From NCBI GenBank assembly GCA_040220235.1, contig JAVJTO010000092.1: a DNA stretch of 64,000 nucleotides. One strand, 5' to 3'. The DNA is from Coleofasciculus sp. B1-GNL1-01. Its GTDB lineage: Bacteria; Cyanobacteriota; Cyanobacteriia; Cyanobacteriales; Coleofasciculaceae. The translations under genes were made by a program, and so were the position numbers. The notes beneath the pieces were generated by a model that searched no databases, had not been told where the DNA came from, and saw nothing but the letters and a program-made list of their open reading frames with translations. The stretch's first letter is position 1. Each line of letters opens with the position of its first letter. This document shows positions 1 through 9,724 of this stretch, piece after piece.

Positions 1-61
1 TTGCAAAAATACCGCGATACGTTCCTTCGGAACAGGCTCCGCCAACGCGGTATTTTTGCAA
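1..61. repeat. Perfect palindrome centred on a HIP1 site, interrupted by a 27-nt small dispersed repeat
   Basis: ttgcaaaaataccGCGAT-[19-45]-CGCggtatttttgcaa; removing 19-45 restores GCGATCGC and a perfect palindrome. Confidence 0.75.
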
Positions 62-287
62 TATGACAAGAGATCGGTTGAAACCCACGCTACATCAAGG
101 TTTCAGCGATTGTACATAAGTAGGGCGGCTAAAAAATCGCGCAAAGCCGCACGGTGAGGCAGTTTTGATTTTTTGGCTGGGGGAACTTCAGATTAAAGTT
201 AACGGTGGGGAACTCGCTGTCCTTGAGAAGCAAGCTACGCCATTCGTCATACTCGTTTTCATCGAGAAGCAAGCTACGTCATTTGTT

Positions 288-397
288 TATACAGCGTTTT
301 CCATGCTGGTGAGGTATATTGAGAATAAGACTTTTGCTCTCACAGAGGCTAACATCGTCTTGTTACTGTACCTCACTAGACTGAGAAATGCTGTATA
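288..397. mobile_element. MITE-like element with about 30-bp imperfect terminal inverted repeats
   Basis: tatacagcgttttccatgctggtgaggtata ... tgtacctcactagactgagaaatgctgtata are imperfect reverse complements; non-coding interior. Confidence 0.5.
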
Positions 398-446
398 AAG
401 ATTTGAGGCTTGTTAACATTTCTTAGTACAGCGGACAAATGATAAA

Positions 447-1385
447 TCACTCCAAATTCGCCAAATTCATTTTATTAGAGCCATTTTTAAACTCATTCTG
501 ATAGGCATTTATTTTCTCGACAAATTCTTCTGTCAAGCGCATAAACGCTTTTGCCCCTGAAGAATTGGGAGAAGCGATAACCGCAGGCATAAAACTATCA
601 ACTGCCTTAGCCACATTCACATCCATCGGAATGCGATTCTTAAACAATTGCGTCGGAACAAAATCTTCGGTTACCCGATTCATCACCTGCTTGTAATATC
701 GACCCAGCAATCCTCCGGATAAAATAAAGACAATGCCTAATAACTGTAAGTCGAGAGAGGTGTTAGACTTATGACTCTCCTTCAATTTGGCAATCCGCCG
801 TTCTAAGAGTTGAATTCCCACAACTGATAAAGGTTCAGGGCGAGCCGGAAGTAAATAGAAATCACTGGCAACAATACCGCTACGGGTTAACAGATTATAG
901 CCAGGAGCGCAATCTAAGATAATAAAGTCATAGTTATCTATCACAGGTTCTAAAATACTTTTAATCAACAGCCGCTCAAACCGATTCCACACCTGATTAA
1001 AATTGGGCGTCTCTTCGCGACTGGCTTCTTGATGCAGCATCTCGGAGACTAAATACTCATCATACAGATCAATATCTCCCGGCAATAAATCCAGTCCTTT
1101 TACCGAACAAACGTAAGATTTAATAACATCCTGAATCTTGAGTTTGGCGTGGCGATTGGGACGAATTGCCTTATCAATTAACTGATTCAGCGTGCGTCTC
1201 GCTTTTCTGGCTTTAGCAAAATCTTGAGGGGCGATTAAGCTGAGTGTAGCGCTGATTTGTGTATCTAAATCAACCACTAAAACCCGTTTTTGATGCTGTT
1301 TCGCCAAGCAAGTTGCCAAGTTGACGGTTAGCGTCGTTTTTCCGACACCGCCTTTCATGTTAACTGTGGCAATGACAAATCCCAT
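447..1385 (-). CDS. parA: ParA/Soj family ATPase
   Basis: Deviant Walker A NMKGGVGKTT, VDLDTQ, Walker B IILDCAP, C-terminal SSGAKAF motif. Confidence 0.9.
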   Translation of the reverse strand: MGFVIATVNMKGGVGKTTLTVNLATCLAKQHQKRVLVVDLDTQISATLSLIAPQDFAKARKARRTLNQLIDKAIRPNRHAKLKIQDVIKSYVCSVKGLDLLPGDIDLYDEYLVSEMLHQEASREETPNFNQVWNRFERLLIKSILEPVIDNYDFIILDCAPGYNLLTRSGIVASDFYLLPARPEPLSVVGIQLLERRIAKLKESHKSNTSLDLQLLGIVFILSGGLLGRYYKQVMNRVTEDFVPTQLFKNRIPMDVNVAKAVDSFMPAVIASPNSSGAKAFMRLTEEFVEKINAYQNEFKNGSNKMNLANLE

Positions 1386-1589
1386 GATAAAATCCTCTTG
1401 GAGAAACGTTACCCAGTTAGGTATCAGCCAGCCTAGATTATAAACGCCGTATTGCGTCTGAAAATTCCCTAGCTTTCGGCAACAGTCTACTATAGTAAGC
1501 GATTTTACCCATCAAGGGAATCCAGTGAGGAATCCTTCGCAACCCTTAATACCATAGTTTTGAGTATTCCAAACATACCATTTTAGTCT

Positions 1590-1766
1590 GTAGGGGCGGG
1601 TTTCACTACTATCGTTTCTATTCCCACCCATAAGCAACTAAACCCGCCCCGCCCCAAGGGTAGAATTGTCAGATGGTATGTCTGTCCCCCCGGTTTCCAC
1701 CAGAAGGGCGGGTTTAGTCAAGTTATGGGTTTGTACCAAACTGTTATCGGTAAAACCCGCCCCTAC
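1590..1766. repeat. Inverted pair of GTAG-type REP elements (REPIN-like doublet)
   Basis: GTAGGGGCGGGTTT..AAACCCGCCCC at 1590-1650 and an inverted copy GGGCGGGTTT..AAACCCGCCCCTAC at 1706-1766. Confidence 0.8.
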
Positions 1767-1872
1767 AGCGTTACGTCCTTTTTCTTCACTATTGCCCATG
1801 ACACACCGAGCGTGTTACCGAGCGAAGCCGAGGTAAGCGTTCGACTGAGCGCTCACGCCGAAGTCCGAGGTG

Positions 1873-1915
1873 TTGCCTATTGCCTATTGCCTATTGCCTA
1901 GCGCGTAGCGCTATA
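1873..1915. repeat. STRR heptamer tract (TTGCCTA)n followed by GCGCGTAGCGCTATA
   Basis: Tandem ttgccta; the same composite end recurs at about 34636-34671. Confidence 0.8.
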
Positions 1916-2779
1916 CTAAGCAATTCGCTGGAGAAATTCTTTGGTTAACTCGGTAAACGCTTTCGCCCCCGTGGAGGTGGGTTCGGTGAGAACCACGGGT
2001 TGAAACTCATCAACGGCTTTGGCGATGGCGACATTGGTGGGAATTTCAGTGATAAAGACTTTATCGTCACCAAAATCAGAACGGACTCGCTTCTTGACTT
2101 TCCTTGCCATCGTTGTCGCATGACCGAGGGACGAAAAGACAATACCCAGTAAATTGAGTGTAGCGCGATCGCTCTGCTTGAGTTTCCGGATACGACCTTC
2201 CAAAATCCCCATCCCTACAACCGATAAAGGTTCAGGTTTGGCGGGAATCAGATAAAAGTCACTGGCAATCATACCACTGCGCGTCAGCAAATTATCTCCT
2301 GGCGGAAAATCTAGCAAAATCCAGTCATAATTGGAAACAATCGGTTTAATTATCCGCTTCACTAACCCATCTTCCAGATGATTCCAGCCTTTTTCAAAGT
2401 CTTGCTGATGGCTATTGGCTTGTCTATAAATCTGGGTCGCTAATAAGAAATCGTTGTACAGTTCGATATTACCCGGTATCAAGTCCAGTCCATTCACCTG
2501 ACAAATGTTGGGGACAATCACATCCTCAACAGTAGGGGCGGATAACGAATCAGATTGAAGCGCTTGATTAACTAATTGTTGTAGCGTGCGCTTTTGTTTA
2601 CGGCATTTTGTAAACTGTACCGGAGGGATTAGGCTGAGAGTCGCATTAATCTGGGTATCGAGATCAACGATTAGCACTCGCATCCCATGGTCTTTAGCCA
2701 GACTTGTCCCCAAGTTGACAGTGAGTGTGGTTTTGCCCACACCTCCTTTCATATTGACGATTGAAATAACGTGTCCCAT
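1916..2779 (-). CDS. parA: Second ParA/Soj family ATPase (paralog of 447-1385)
   Basis: NMKGGVGKTT, VDLDTQ, LLDFPP, PAKPEPLS; colinear with the neighbouring paralog. Confidence 0.9.
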   Translation of the reverse strand: MGHVISIVNMKGGVGKTTLTVNLGTSLAKDHGMRVLIVDLDTQINATLSLIPPVQFTKCRKQKRTLQQLVNQALQSDSLSAPTVEDVIVPNICQVNGLDLIPGNIELYNDFLLATQIYRQANSHQQDFEKGWNHLEDGLVKRIIKPIVSNYDWILLDFPPGDNLLTRSGMIASDFYLIPAKPEPLSVVGMGILEGRIRKLKQSDRATLNLLGIVFSSLGHATTMARKVKKRVRSDFGDDKVFITEIPTNVAIAKAVDEFQPVVLTEPTSTGAKAFTELTKEFLQRIA

Positions 2780-2852
2780 TCATGGTTGTTTTGACGATGC
2801 TTATATCATACTCTGATCTGCCTGATGCGGTGGAGAGGGAGGACGTTAGTCA

Positions 2853-2911
2853 GGGCGGGTTTAGTCACTTATGGGTTAAAAAGAAACGATAATCGTGAAA
2901 CCCGCCCCTAC
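2853..2911 (-). repeat. GTAG-type REP element, family A
   Basis: GGGCGGGTTT..AAACCCGCCCCTAC. Confidence 0.8.
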
Positions 2912-3053
2912 ACAAAACCATAGAATTGACAAAGAGAAGAGTCTGACCTAATCTCCCATTGAATGAGAAGAATCAACAAAGACAGCTACTCTGGTGAAGA
3001 CTATAGGATAAAATTTAATTAAATCAATGGCTAATGTAAGCTATAAATAGCTA

Positions 3054-4154
3054 ATGTTAAGAAAAATCAAAATTCAAGGCTATAAATCTATTCGAGATAT
3101 GGAGTTGGAGTTAGCACCCAGAAATATTTTAATTGGGGCGAATGGAGCTGGAAAATCTAATCTCATTTCTTTCTTCAAACTATTACGCTGGATGCTGCAA
3201 ACACCAGGACAGTTACAAGTATTTGTCGGCAAGTCAGGCGGAGCCAATGCTTTGCTGTTTGATGGTGCATCCGTCACGCCACAAATGGAGTCAGAACTTC
3301 ATTTTCAAACAGAAGCCGGACGAAAATATTACTTCTTTAGGCTTTTTTATGCTGCCTCAGATACGTTCATCTTTGCTGAAGAGAAATATCGCTTTTCCCG
3401 TACCACGTTTAATGGGCTGGCTGATTGGACATCATTAGATGCAGGTCAGAGAGAAGCGAAACTAATTGATAGTGCAAATTCAGGCAATGCAACAGCTAAA
3501 ACTATTTTAAAACTGATGCAGAGTTGTGCCGTTTATCAGTTTCACAACACATCGGAAACGGCTCGGATTAGACAACGATGGAATATAGACGATAACCGAT
3601 ATCTACGAGAAGATGGAGCCAACTTAGCTCCCTTTCTCTTGCGCCTCAAAGAAACAGAGCCAATTTATTATAGAAGAATCGTCGATACTCTGAATCTAAT
3701 TGCCCCATTTTTTGCTGATTTTGTTTTAGAACCAGTCAGTAACGCTGTTATTCTTCAATGGAGAGAAAGGGGAACTGATTTAATCTTTAGTTCGGCTCAA
3801 GCCTCAGATGGCACATTGAGGACAATGGCATTAGTTACCCTTTTATTACAACCCCAACGTGATTTGCCGGATGTTTTAATTTTGGATGAACCAGAATTAG
3901 GGTTACATCCTTATGCCATTAATATCATCGGTGGTTTAATTAATAGTGTTTCTCTTCATAGTCAAGTCATCTTAGCTACTCAGTCCACCCTGTTAATTGA
4001 TTTATTTGAACCCGAAGACATTATTGTTGTCGAACGAAAAAATCGTCAATCTTATTTTTATCGACAAAAAACCGAAACACTGGAAGATTGGTTAGAAGAG
4101 TATTCATTGTCTGAGCTATGGAATAAAAATATTATTGGAGGAAGACCGAGCTGA
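3054..4154 (+). CDS. ABC-type (AAA_21/COG4637-like) ATPase
   Basis: Walker A GANGAGKS, signature ASDGT, Walker B ILDEPELGLHP, switch ATQS. Confidence 0.85.
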   Translation: MLRKIKIQGYKSIRDMELELAPRNILIGANGAGKSNLISFFKLLRWMLQTPGQLQVFVGKSGGANALLFDGASVTPQMESELHFQTEAGRKYYFFRLFYAASDTFIFAEEKYRFSRTTFNGLADWTSLDAGQREAKLIDSANSGNATAKTILKLMQSCAVYQFHNTSETARIRQRWNIDDNRYLREDGANLAPFLLRLKETEPIYYRRIVDTLNLIAPFFADFVLEPVSNAVILQWRERGTDLIFSSAQASDGTLRTMALVTLLLQPQRDLPDVLILDEPELGLHPYAINIIGGLINSVSLHSQVILATQSTLLIDLFEPEDIIVVERKNRQSYFYRQKTETLEDWLEEYSLSELWNKNIIGGRPS

Positions 4155-4828
4155 TGATTCGTTTACATATTGTTGCGGAGGGTCAAACAGAAGAGGAATT
4201 TATTAAATCTGTTTTAACAGAACATTTAGGTAATTTCAATATTTCAACTGATGTGCATTGCGTTACAACTAAACGAACGAAAAATAAGGTTTATCGAGGT
4301 GGAGCCGTCAGTTATGGAAAAATCAAAAAAGATATTATGCTCTGGCTCAAGCAAGATAGGAGTCAGGAAGCAAGATTTACAACAATGTTAGATTTATATG
4401 CTTTACCAAATGATTGTCCTGAGTTTGCTGAATCTCAAAATAAGTCCGATCCTTATCAAAAAGTTGAAAAACTAGAAGCAGCTTTGGGTAATGACATTAA
4501 TGACCCTCGTTTTATTCCTTACATTCAATTGCATGAATTTGAAGCTTTAATCTTATCTGATCCCAGTAAATTAGCTGAGAGATTTCCTGACTATCAAGTC
4601 AACATACAAAAACTCTTAGCGGATTGTGAAAAGTTTCCGTCTCCGGAACTCATTAATGATGGCTCAACTACAGCACCTTCTAAGCGCATTAACAAATTTA
4701 TTCCGGGTTATGAAGACGCAAAAGTATCGGTGGCTCCTTTAATAGCTAAAAAAATTGGTTTACCAGCCATCAGACAAAAATGTCCTCATTTTGATGCTTG
4801 GATATCCCAGCTAGAACAGTTAAGATAG
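4154..4828 (+). CDS. DUF4276-family TOPRIM-like protein, coupled to the upstream ATPase
   Basis: N-terminal IVAEGQTEEEF, TMLDLYALP, HEFEALIL, IRQKCPHF; TGATG stop/start overlap. Confidence 0.75.
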   Translation: MIRLHIVAEGQTEEEFIKSVLTEHLGNFNISTDVHCVTTKRTKNKVYRGGAVSYGKIKKDIMLWLKQDRSQEARFTTMLDLYALPNDCPEFAESQNKSDPYQKVEKLEAALGNDINDPRFIPYIQLHEFEALILSDPSKLAERFPDYQVNIQKLLADCEKFPSPELINDGSTTAPSKRINKFIPGYEDAKVSVAPLIAKKIGLPAIRQKCPHFDAWISQLEQLR

Positions 4829-4863
4829 ATAAACTCAATTTTAGAGACAAAACTCTCACACTC

Positions 4864-4911
4864 CCTCTGCGTACCTCTGCGTTAAAACCTCTGCGTACCT
4901 CTGCGTTAAAA
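4864..4911. repeat. 24-nt tandem duplication between convergent genes
   Basis: cctctgcgtacctctgcgttaaaa x2. Confidence 0.8.
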
Positions 4912-4927
4912 AAATCCCCTTCCCCCT

Positions 4928-7483
4928 TCACAATTCAATCCTTCGAGCAAATAAACTCTGCAACCGCTGCAACTTCGCCCCAACTTGATATAGTAAATCC
5001 CCTTTCCCTAAAAGATAAGCCGCTTCCGATTGTTTCCCCCCTAAAATAATCTCAGAATCCGCTTCGCTAGCTGTCCGCAACGCAACTCGCCCCGGTAAAT
5101 TTGACCGAATAATTGGCGTAACGACTTTCGCTTCGGGGCGTTGAGTGGCAATAATTAAATGGATACCCGCCGCTCTCGCCATTGAGCCTAACCGTTTAAT
5201 ACTTAATTCTAAAGCATTGCGGATATCTTTTTCGGTCATAAAGTCAGCATATTCGTCAAAGATGCAGACAAGACGAGGTAAAGGTGGGTTATTCTGTTGA
5301 TTATAAGCATCCAGGTGAGAACATCCCGCTTGCTCAAATCGCTGATAACGCCGTTCCATTTCCGTGACTAAATTATCCATCAGAGCGATCGCATCTTCGC
5401 TATCCTTGACGATAGGAGCGTATAACCAGGGGATTTGCTCGAATTCGGGAAAGGTGACACGCTTGGGATCAACCAGGGCGATTTTAAGCTGTTGGGGCGA
5501 ATGGCGATAGAGTAAGGATAACAGGAGCGATCGCAAAAATTCACTCTTCCCGCTTCCGGTTGTTCCCCCAACTAGAAAATGACAGGTATTCGCATCGGAT
5601 AAGTCGGCTTCCACCAGTTTCCCATCTAAATCCACACCAATGGCAATTTTTACTGGAGCCTGAGTCGGTGTTGTCTGAAGTGTGATATAATCCTCAAGCC
5701 GCGCTACTTGTCGATCTGGACGCGGTAAATCGACGCTGACATAGCCAGGTTGGGGCGCAATTAGGGGGGGATTGGTAATTCCTAGTTGTACCTGTAAATC
5801 AGCCGATAATTTCAGCAAAGCACTAACCTTTACCCCCAGACTCGGTTTCAGCTTTACCCGAATAAACGCTGGACCAACGGCGGTTCCCACACAAGTCACG
5901 TCTATCTTAAAGGATTGTAACGTCTCAACTAACTGTTGCGCGATCGCATCAACATCAACATCTGGAGTAGGTTCTTTTTCCGGCTGAGGCGTTTCCACTG
6001 TCTCAGGAGTAGGCTGAGAGGCAATAGTGTTAGATGTTTGACTGGGCGCTGCTGCAATAAATTCTAATAAATAGCGATAAACATGAGCCAGATAAACTGT
6101 ATCCATCTTGGCATACTTTATCTGCTTTTCCGTTAACGGGCGCTGTCCCCAATCGCTTTGCTGTTCCTCACTATCGACATGAGAGAATTGACACAGTTCT
6201 ACCGCCAATGTTTTCAGTTTCTTGTTGGAGACTTGCAGCCGATTCGAGCGCCTTTTTCTTGTCAGCCTATTCACCATCTTTTGTGTACAAGTAATATTCT
6301 CCGCCTGTTCTTTCCCCAGAAACCTTAGATCAAAGCTGGCGTTGTGAAAGACTTTTTCTATTCCGGGATTTACCATAATTTGCTCAACAAAATTCTGTAC
6401 CACATCCGGCTGATCCAAGACATCAAATATATAAGCATGTTTCCCGGTTCTATCGGTAGGATTCGCTAACACCTGGATTAGAGACAATCGGGGATTAGCG
6501 GTATTCCAATCCGCTACTTCTGTATCCAGCCAGAGGATTTCTGCGCTAGTCAATTGCTTAATCATAGCTCGAATCTCAGCAGGTTTGGTTAGATAGTGAT
6601 TCGATTCATCACCCTCAAATAACGTCTGACATTTTTCCTGCTGGGGGCAAATTTGGCACAGGTGAGCCTGGGAGGTTGACGGCGGTGGATCGGGTTGTCC
6701 GGGTTCCCAGGTTAACCATTTCTGCATCTGCTGTAATTTAGGGGGAATAAGCTGATGCACAGTAGTTTCTAGCTGTTCCCAGGAATAGTGATACTCTTTA
6801 AATTCGGGTAAAACACAATAGATAGCGGAGTCAACGGGTAGTTTGGTCTTTTCCCAGAGGAGATAACTATAAACCGCAACTTGGGCTAACTGGGCGGATG
6901 GATCAACAGGCTCATAAGTTTTGTATTCAACCACACAGAGACGCTGGCGATCGCTATCGAAAATTAAGTTATCAAATTGACCTTTAACCACTTGTTTTGT
7001 GCCATCAGATAAGGTAAACTGATGCTGAATAAGTTTCGGATCAGGATCAATAAAGGTTTTACCAATAACCTCGGCTGCACTGTGATAGCGGCGATTCTTA
7101 ATTAACAGTTCTGCCCAACGCTGAATTAACCCCCGTAATCCTTGCCAAACTTGAAATAACGGCTGGGCTTTTCCCGGATCAGTTTGGGTGATTTCTTGGA
7201 AATAGGGATAAAAAGCCAGTTGATAAAACAACTGTTCCATCTGAGTCGCGATCGCCTCTTTTTTCAGATGATCGGCGTCAGCTTCAAACAGTTGTCGAAA
7301 TTTACCGTTTTGACAAGCCAGTTTGACAAACTGATTTGCCAATTTATGAAAGGTAGTGCCAATCCCCTGTGAACTCTCTGGGGGTAGAAATAAACTTTTT
7401 CCGCCCAGTTTCTTTGATAAATAAAATAGGCGAGGGCATTCGACAGCAACCCGGATATCAGTAGCGGTTAATGAATTCGTCAT
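4928..7483 (-). CDS. Fusion of a Cas4/AddB-like PD-(D/E)XK nuclease, a DEDDy 3'-5' exonuclease and an FtsK/SpoIIIE motor (no TM or gamma domain)
   Basis: ECPRLFY..GTTFH, GQFD, EYKT, QVAVY, CQICPQQEKC; LDTE, FHNASFD, SDWGQRPL..YAKMD; GGTTGSGKS, IFDEYAD, ARAAGIHLIIATQRP. ATG at 7483 lies 1 nt after the upstream stop (the ORF track starts at 7504). Confidence 0.85.
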   Translation of the reverse strand: MTNSLTATDIRVAVECPRLFYLSKKLGGKSLFLPPESSQGIGTTFHKLANQFVKLACQNGKFRQLFEADADHLKKEAIATQMEQLFYQLAFYPYFQEITQTDPGKAQPLFQVWQGLRGLIQRWAELLIKNRRYHSAAEVIGKTFIDPDPKLIQHQFTLSDGTKQVVKGQFDNLIFDSDRQRLCVVEYKTYEPVDPSAQLAQVAVYSYLLWEKTKLPVDSAIYCVLPEFKEYHYSWEQLETTVHQLIPPKLQQMQKWLTWEPGQPDPPPSTSQAHLCQICPQQEKCQTLFEGDESNHYLTKPAEIRAMIKQLTSAEILWLDTEVADWNTANPRLSLIQVLANPTDRTGKHAYIFDVLDQPDVVQNFVEQIMVNPGIEKVFHNASFDLRFLGKEQAENITCTQKMVNRLTRKRRSNRLQVSNKKLKTLAVELCQFSHVDSEEQQSDWGQRPLTEKQIKYAKMDTVYLAHVYRYLLEFIAAAPSQTSNTIASQPTPETVETPQPEKEPTPDVDVDAIAQQLVETLQSFKIDVTCVGTAVGPAFIRVKLKPSLGVKVSALLKLSADLQVQLGITNPPLIAPQPGYVSVDLPRPDRQVARLEDYITLQTTPTQAPVKIAIGVDLDGKLVEADLSDANTCHFLVGGTTGSGKSEFLRSLLLSLLYRHSPQQLKIALVDPKRVTFPEFEQIPWLYAPIVKDSEDAIALMDNLVTEMERRYQRFEQAGCSHLDAYNQQNNPPLPRLVCIFDEYADFMTEKDIRNALELSIKRLGSMARAAGIHLIIATQRPEAKVVTPIIRSNLPGRVALRTASEADSEIILGGKQSEAAYLLGKGDLLYQVGAKLQRLQSLFARRIEL

Positions 7484-7484
7484 T

Positions 7485-9548
7485 TTAATGGATAGGATTA
7501 ACAACTAGACAGACAACTTGTTTTTCTAGCTTTTCCTTTATATTAGGAATTTGAAGTTTATTTTCTTGACACAGTTCCTCAATTAGTGGGTTCAACTGAG
7601 ATTCATTAAACTGCGAGTATTCGCGGTTGGCGTTTTCCAGTAAGGTTTTTCGCCCTAGCATCATCCCATCATTTCGGACAAGTGTTACTAAATAATCCTT
7701 AACGTCTTGCCGTACTTTTTCTAGCTCATTATCCTTATCGTCTCCTCCCCCCTTTTCAGGAGTAGCCGGAACAATTCCCAACTCCTGTAATAAACTACAG
7801 TTATGCAAAATTTTTGATTCACGGATAAATACTTCCAACTCCTTTAAATTAGGCGTTAGATCACCCACGACTAAATCCCCAGCACGAGCTGCATTCCCTA
7901 AACTATGATATGTTGCCAGGTAGTGTACTGAGTTTAAATGGGGGGTAATGTGACGATGAGGTGAACCTGTAAAGATGCGCTTAAACAGTCTGTATCCTGC
8001 ATTTCTGGTTTGACCCAATTGAGCAGCCCGAATTAGGATCAAGCTATTGCATAGTTTTTGATGAAGTGCTTTTTCGCAAGCGTTCATTAGAGAAGAAAAG
8101 CTTCTCAGATTGGCTTCTTCACTCCAAACGATTCCGATTCGTTCTGTCTGATCTGAGGGTTTATAGCTCAAGGAATAAATCGAATATTTGGTGTTCTGTA
8201 AAAGTCGATGCTCAATTCCCGCGACTTGTAATGCACTCAGAACCTCTTGCAACATTTGAATCAGTTCCGGCGATCCGAGTTTAGGAATTCTATCGATTTT
8301 TTGCTGCGTTTTTTTGAATTCCTTGCGCCAGACTAAATCCAATGCAGCCAACGGATCAGTTGGAGGAGTTGGCGGTTTTGGCGAGGGAGTCTCTGGTGCA
8401 GGGTTAGGCGCGACTGGAACGTCATCTTGAACTAAATGAGCTTTGTAGTCTTGAAATAGGTGACGCCCTAATTGTAAAGCGTAGCGAGGAGTGGTTTTGC
8501 CACGGGGAAATTTGTCCTCTAAAGCTTGCCGAGTTAAGGGATAAATTGGCAAGTCAGGCTGAGGAGTGGCTTGCTGATGTAACGGATAAAGTCGCTTTGC
8601 CCAAAGTGCTTCGGCTTGCTCCAATGTAATCGGCTTGAGCGAAAGCGCTCCATAGATTCGACCTTCAATTTTATCAGAAGGTTGAACATTATTTTTATTG
8701 TTTTGCCAAGTACTATTAATGATGCTAATAATCACCAAAAAATTTTGCGGATAGCGCGTGTTAATACTGGAATTGACATTAAATAAAGCTTGTAAGTCGA
8801 TGGAACCGTCGGGAAAGCGAGGAATGCTATCCAAGTTATCAAAACACAGTACAATCGGCTGGCTGCTAGCAGAAACTCTGCCAAAGTTAGCCAAAAGTTT
8901 TTGAGCCGCATCTTCACTGTCAATCAGGCGTTGAACTCCCAATTCTTTGAGATCGTCTTCATCTAATTCATCTCCCCGTAACCAATCACAGGCAAGAGGC
9001 TGTAATTCAGGATTATTCAGGTGATAGAGGACTTTGAAAAACTCTCTGGGATTGTAGATTCCTGTAGGATAGCTTGCTTTCAGATCACTAATAAACTTCT
9101 TCTGCTCACCCAGTAGTTGTTTCATCAAGCTGCTTTTTTTGAATGCGGGTAAACCCTTGAGCCAAAGCAGCAACTGAGAGGCCTGTTGACCTTCGGGAAT
9201 ATGCATCAAACTATCAACCGTTTGCCGCAGAATATGACGCCAGATATAATCACTATCGGGCCACGGTTCAATATAAGCGAAAAAGGCTTTAGGGTTAAGG
9301 GTGCGTTTAAGCCGTGCTAAAAGATAACTTTTCCCCGATCCCGAATCTCCCGCCAATAGTAAAGTGCGCGGATAATGGTCTTTAGCAACTTGATCCAAAA
9401 CCCTTTCTATTTGAGTAATCACGTTTTTATGAATTGAATCAACCGCGATCGCTTGATCTTGCCGTTCCTGCCAAAAGTTACGGGTTTGAAAGGTAACTGG
9501 GTCAAAAGGATTAATCTCTTGCCGAATAATTTGATCGATGGATGCCAT
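7485..9548 (-). CDS. P-loop (AAA+-like) ATPase, probable RcaG-like partner of RcaD
   Basis: Walker A GDSGSGKS, Walker B VLCFDNLD, Pro-rich linker, uncharacterised C-terminal half. Confidence 0.75.
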   Translation of the reverse strand: MASIDQIIRQEINPFDPVTFQTRNFWQERQDQAIAVDSIHKNVITQIERVLDQVAKDHYPRTLLLAGDSGSGKSYLLARLKRTLNPKAFFAYIEPWPDSDYIWRHILRQTVDSLMHIPEGQQASQLLLWLKGLPAFKKSSLMKQLLGEQKKFISDLKASYPTGIYNPREFFKVLYHLNNPELQPLACDWLRGDELDEDDLKELGVQRLIDSEDAAQKLLANFGRVSASSQPIVLCFDNLDSIPRFPDGSIDLQALFNVNSSINTRYPQNFLVIISIINSTWQNNKNNVQPSDKIEGRIYGALSLKPITLEQAEALWAKRLYPLHQQATPQPDLPIYPLTRQALEDKFPRGKTTPRYALQLGRHLFQDYKAHLVQDDVPVAPNPAPETPSPKPPTPPTDPLAALDLVWRKEFKKTQQKIDRIPKLGSPELIQMLQEVLSALQVAGIEHRLLQNTKYSIYSLSYKPSDQTERIGIVWSEEANLRSFSSLMNACEKALHQKLCNSLILIRAAQLGQTRNAGYRLFKRIFTGSPHRHITPHLNSVHYLATYHSLGNAARAGDLVVGDLTPNLKELEVFIRESKILHNCSLLQELGIVPATPEKGGGDDKDNELEKVRQDVKDYLVTLVRNDGMMLGRKTLLENANREYSQFNESQLNPLIEELCQENKLQIPNIKEKLEKQVVCLVVNPIH

Positions 9549-9667
9549 GCTAAAGTTGGGTTCTACTCAGAGACTGCCGTAACAAAGAAATAGAATTAGC
9601 GGATAGAATGCTAAGTCGAATGGCACTGAAATAAGCATTTTTGGATTGCCGAAACCCTTGATATAGT

Positions 9668-9699
9668 GTAGGGTGGGTTGAGCGAAGTCGAAACCCACC
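9668..9699 (+). repeat. Short GTAG-type REP hairpin
   Basis: GTAGGGTGGGTTgagcgaagtcgAAACCCACC. Confidence 0.7.
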
Positions 9700-9724
9700 A
9701 GCATACCAGTCAGTACCCTTCATA

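Noticed and set aside
165..398. 77-aa ORF
   Set aside because: Runs through small repeats and a MITE-like element; TTG start and no recognisable motif
4928..5950. Cell-division FtsK
   Set aside because: No N-terminal membrane domain or C-terminal gamma domain; fused to nucleases instead
6620..7483. Cas4-like domain as evidence of CRISPR-Cas
   Set aside because: No cas1/cas2 or array in the window; the domain is fused to an exonuclease and FtsK
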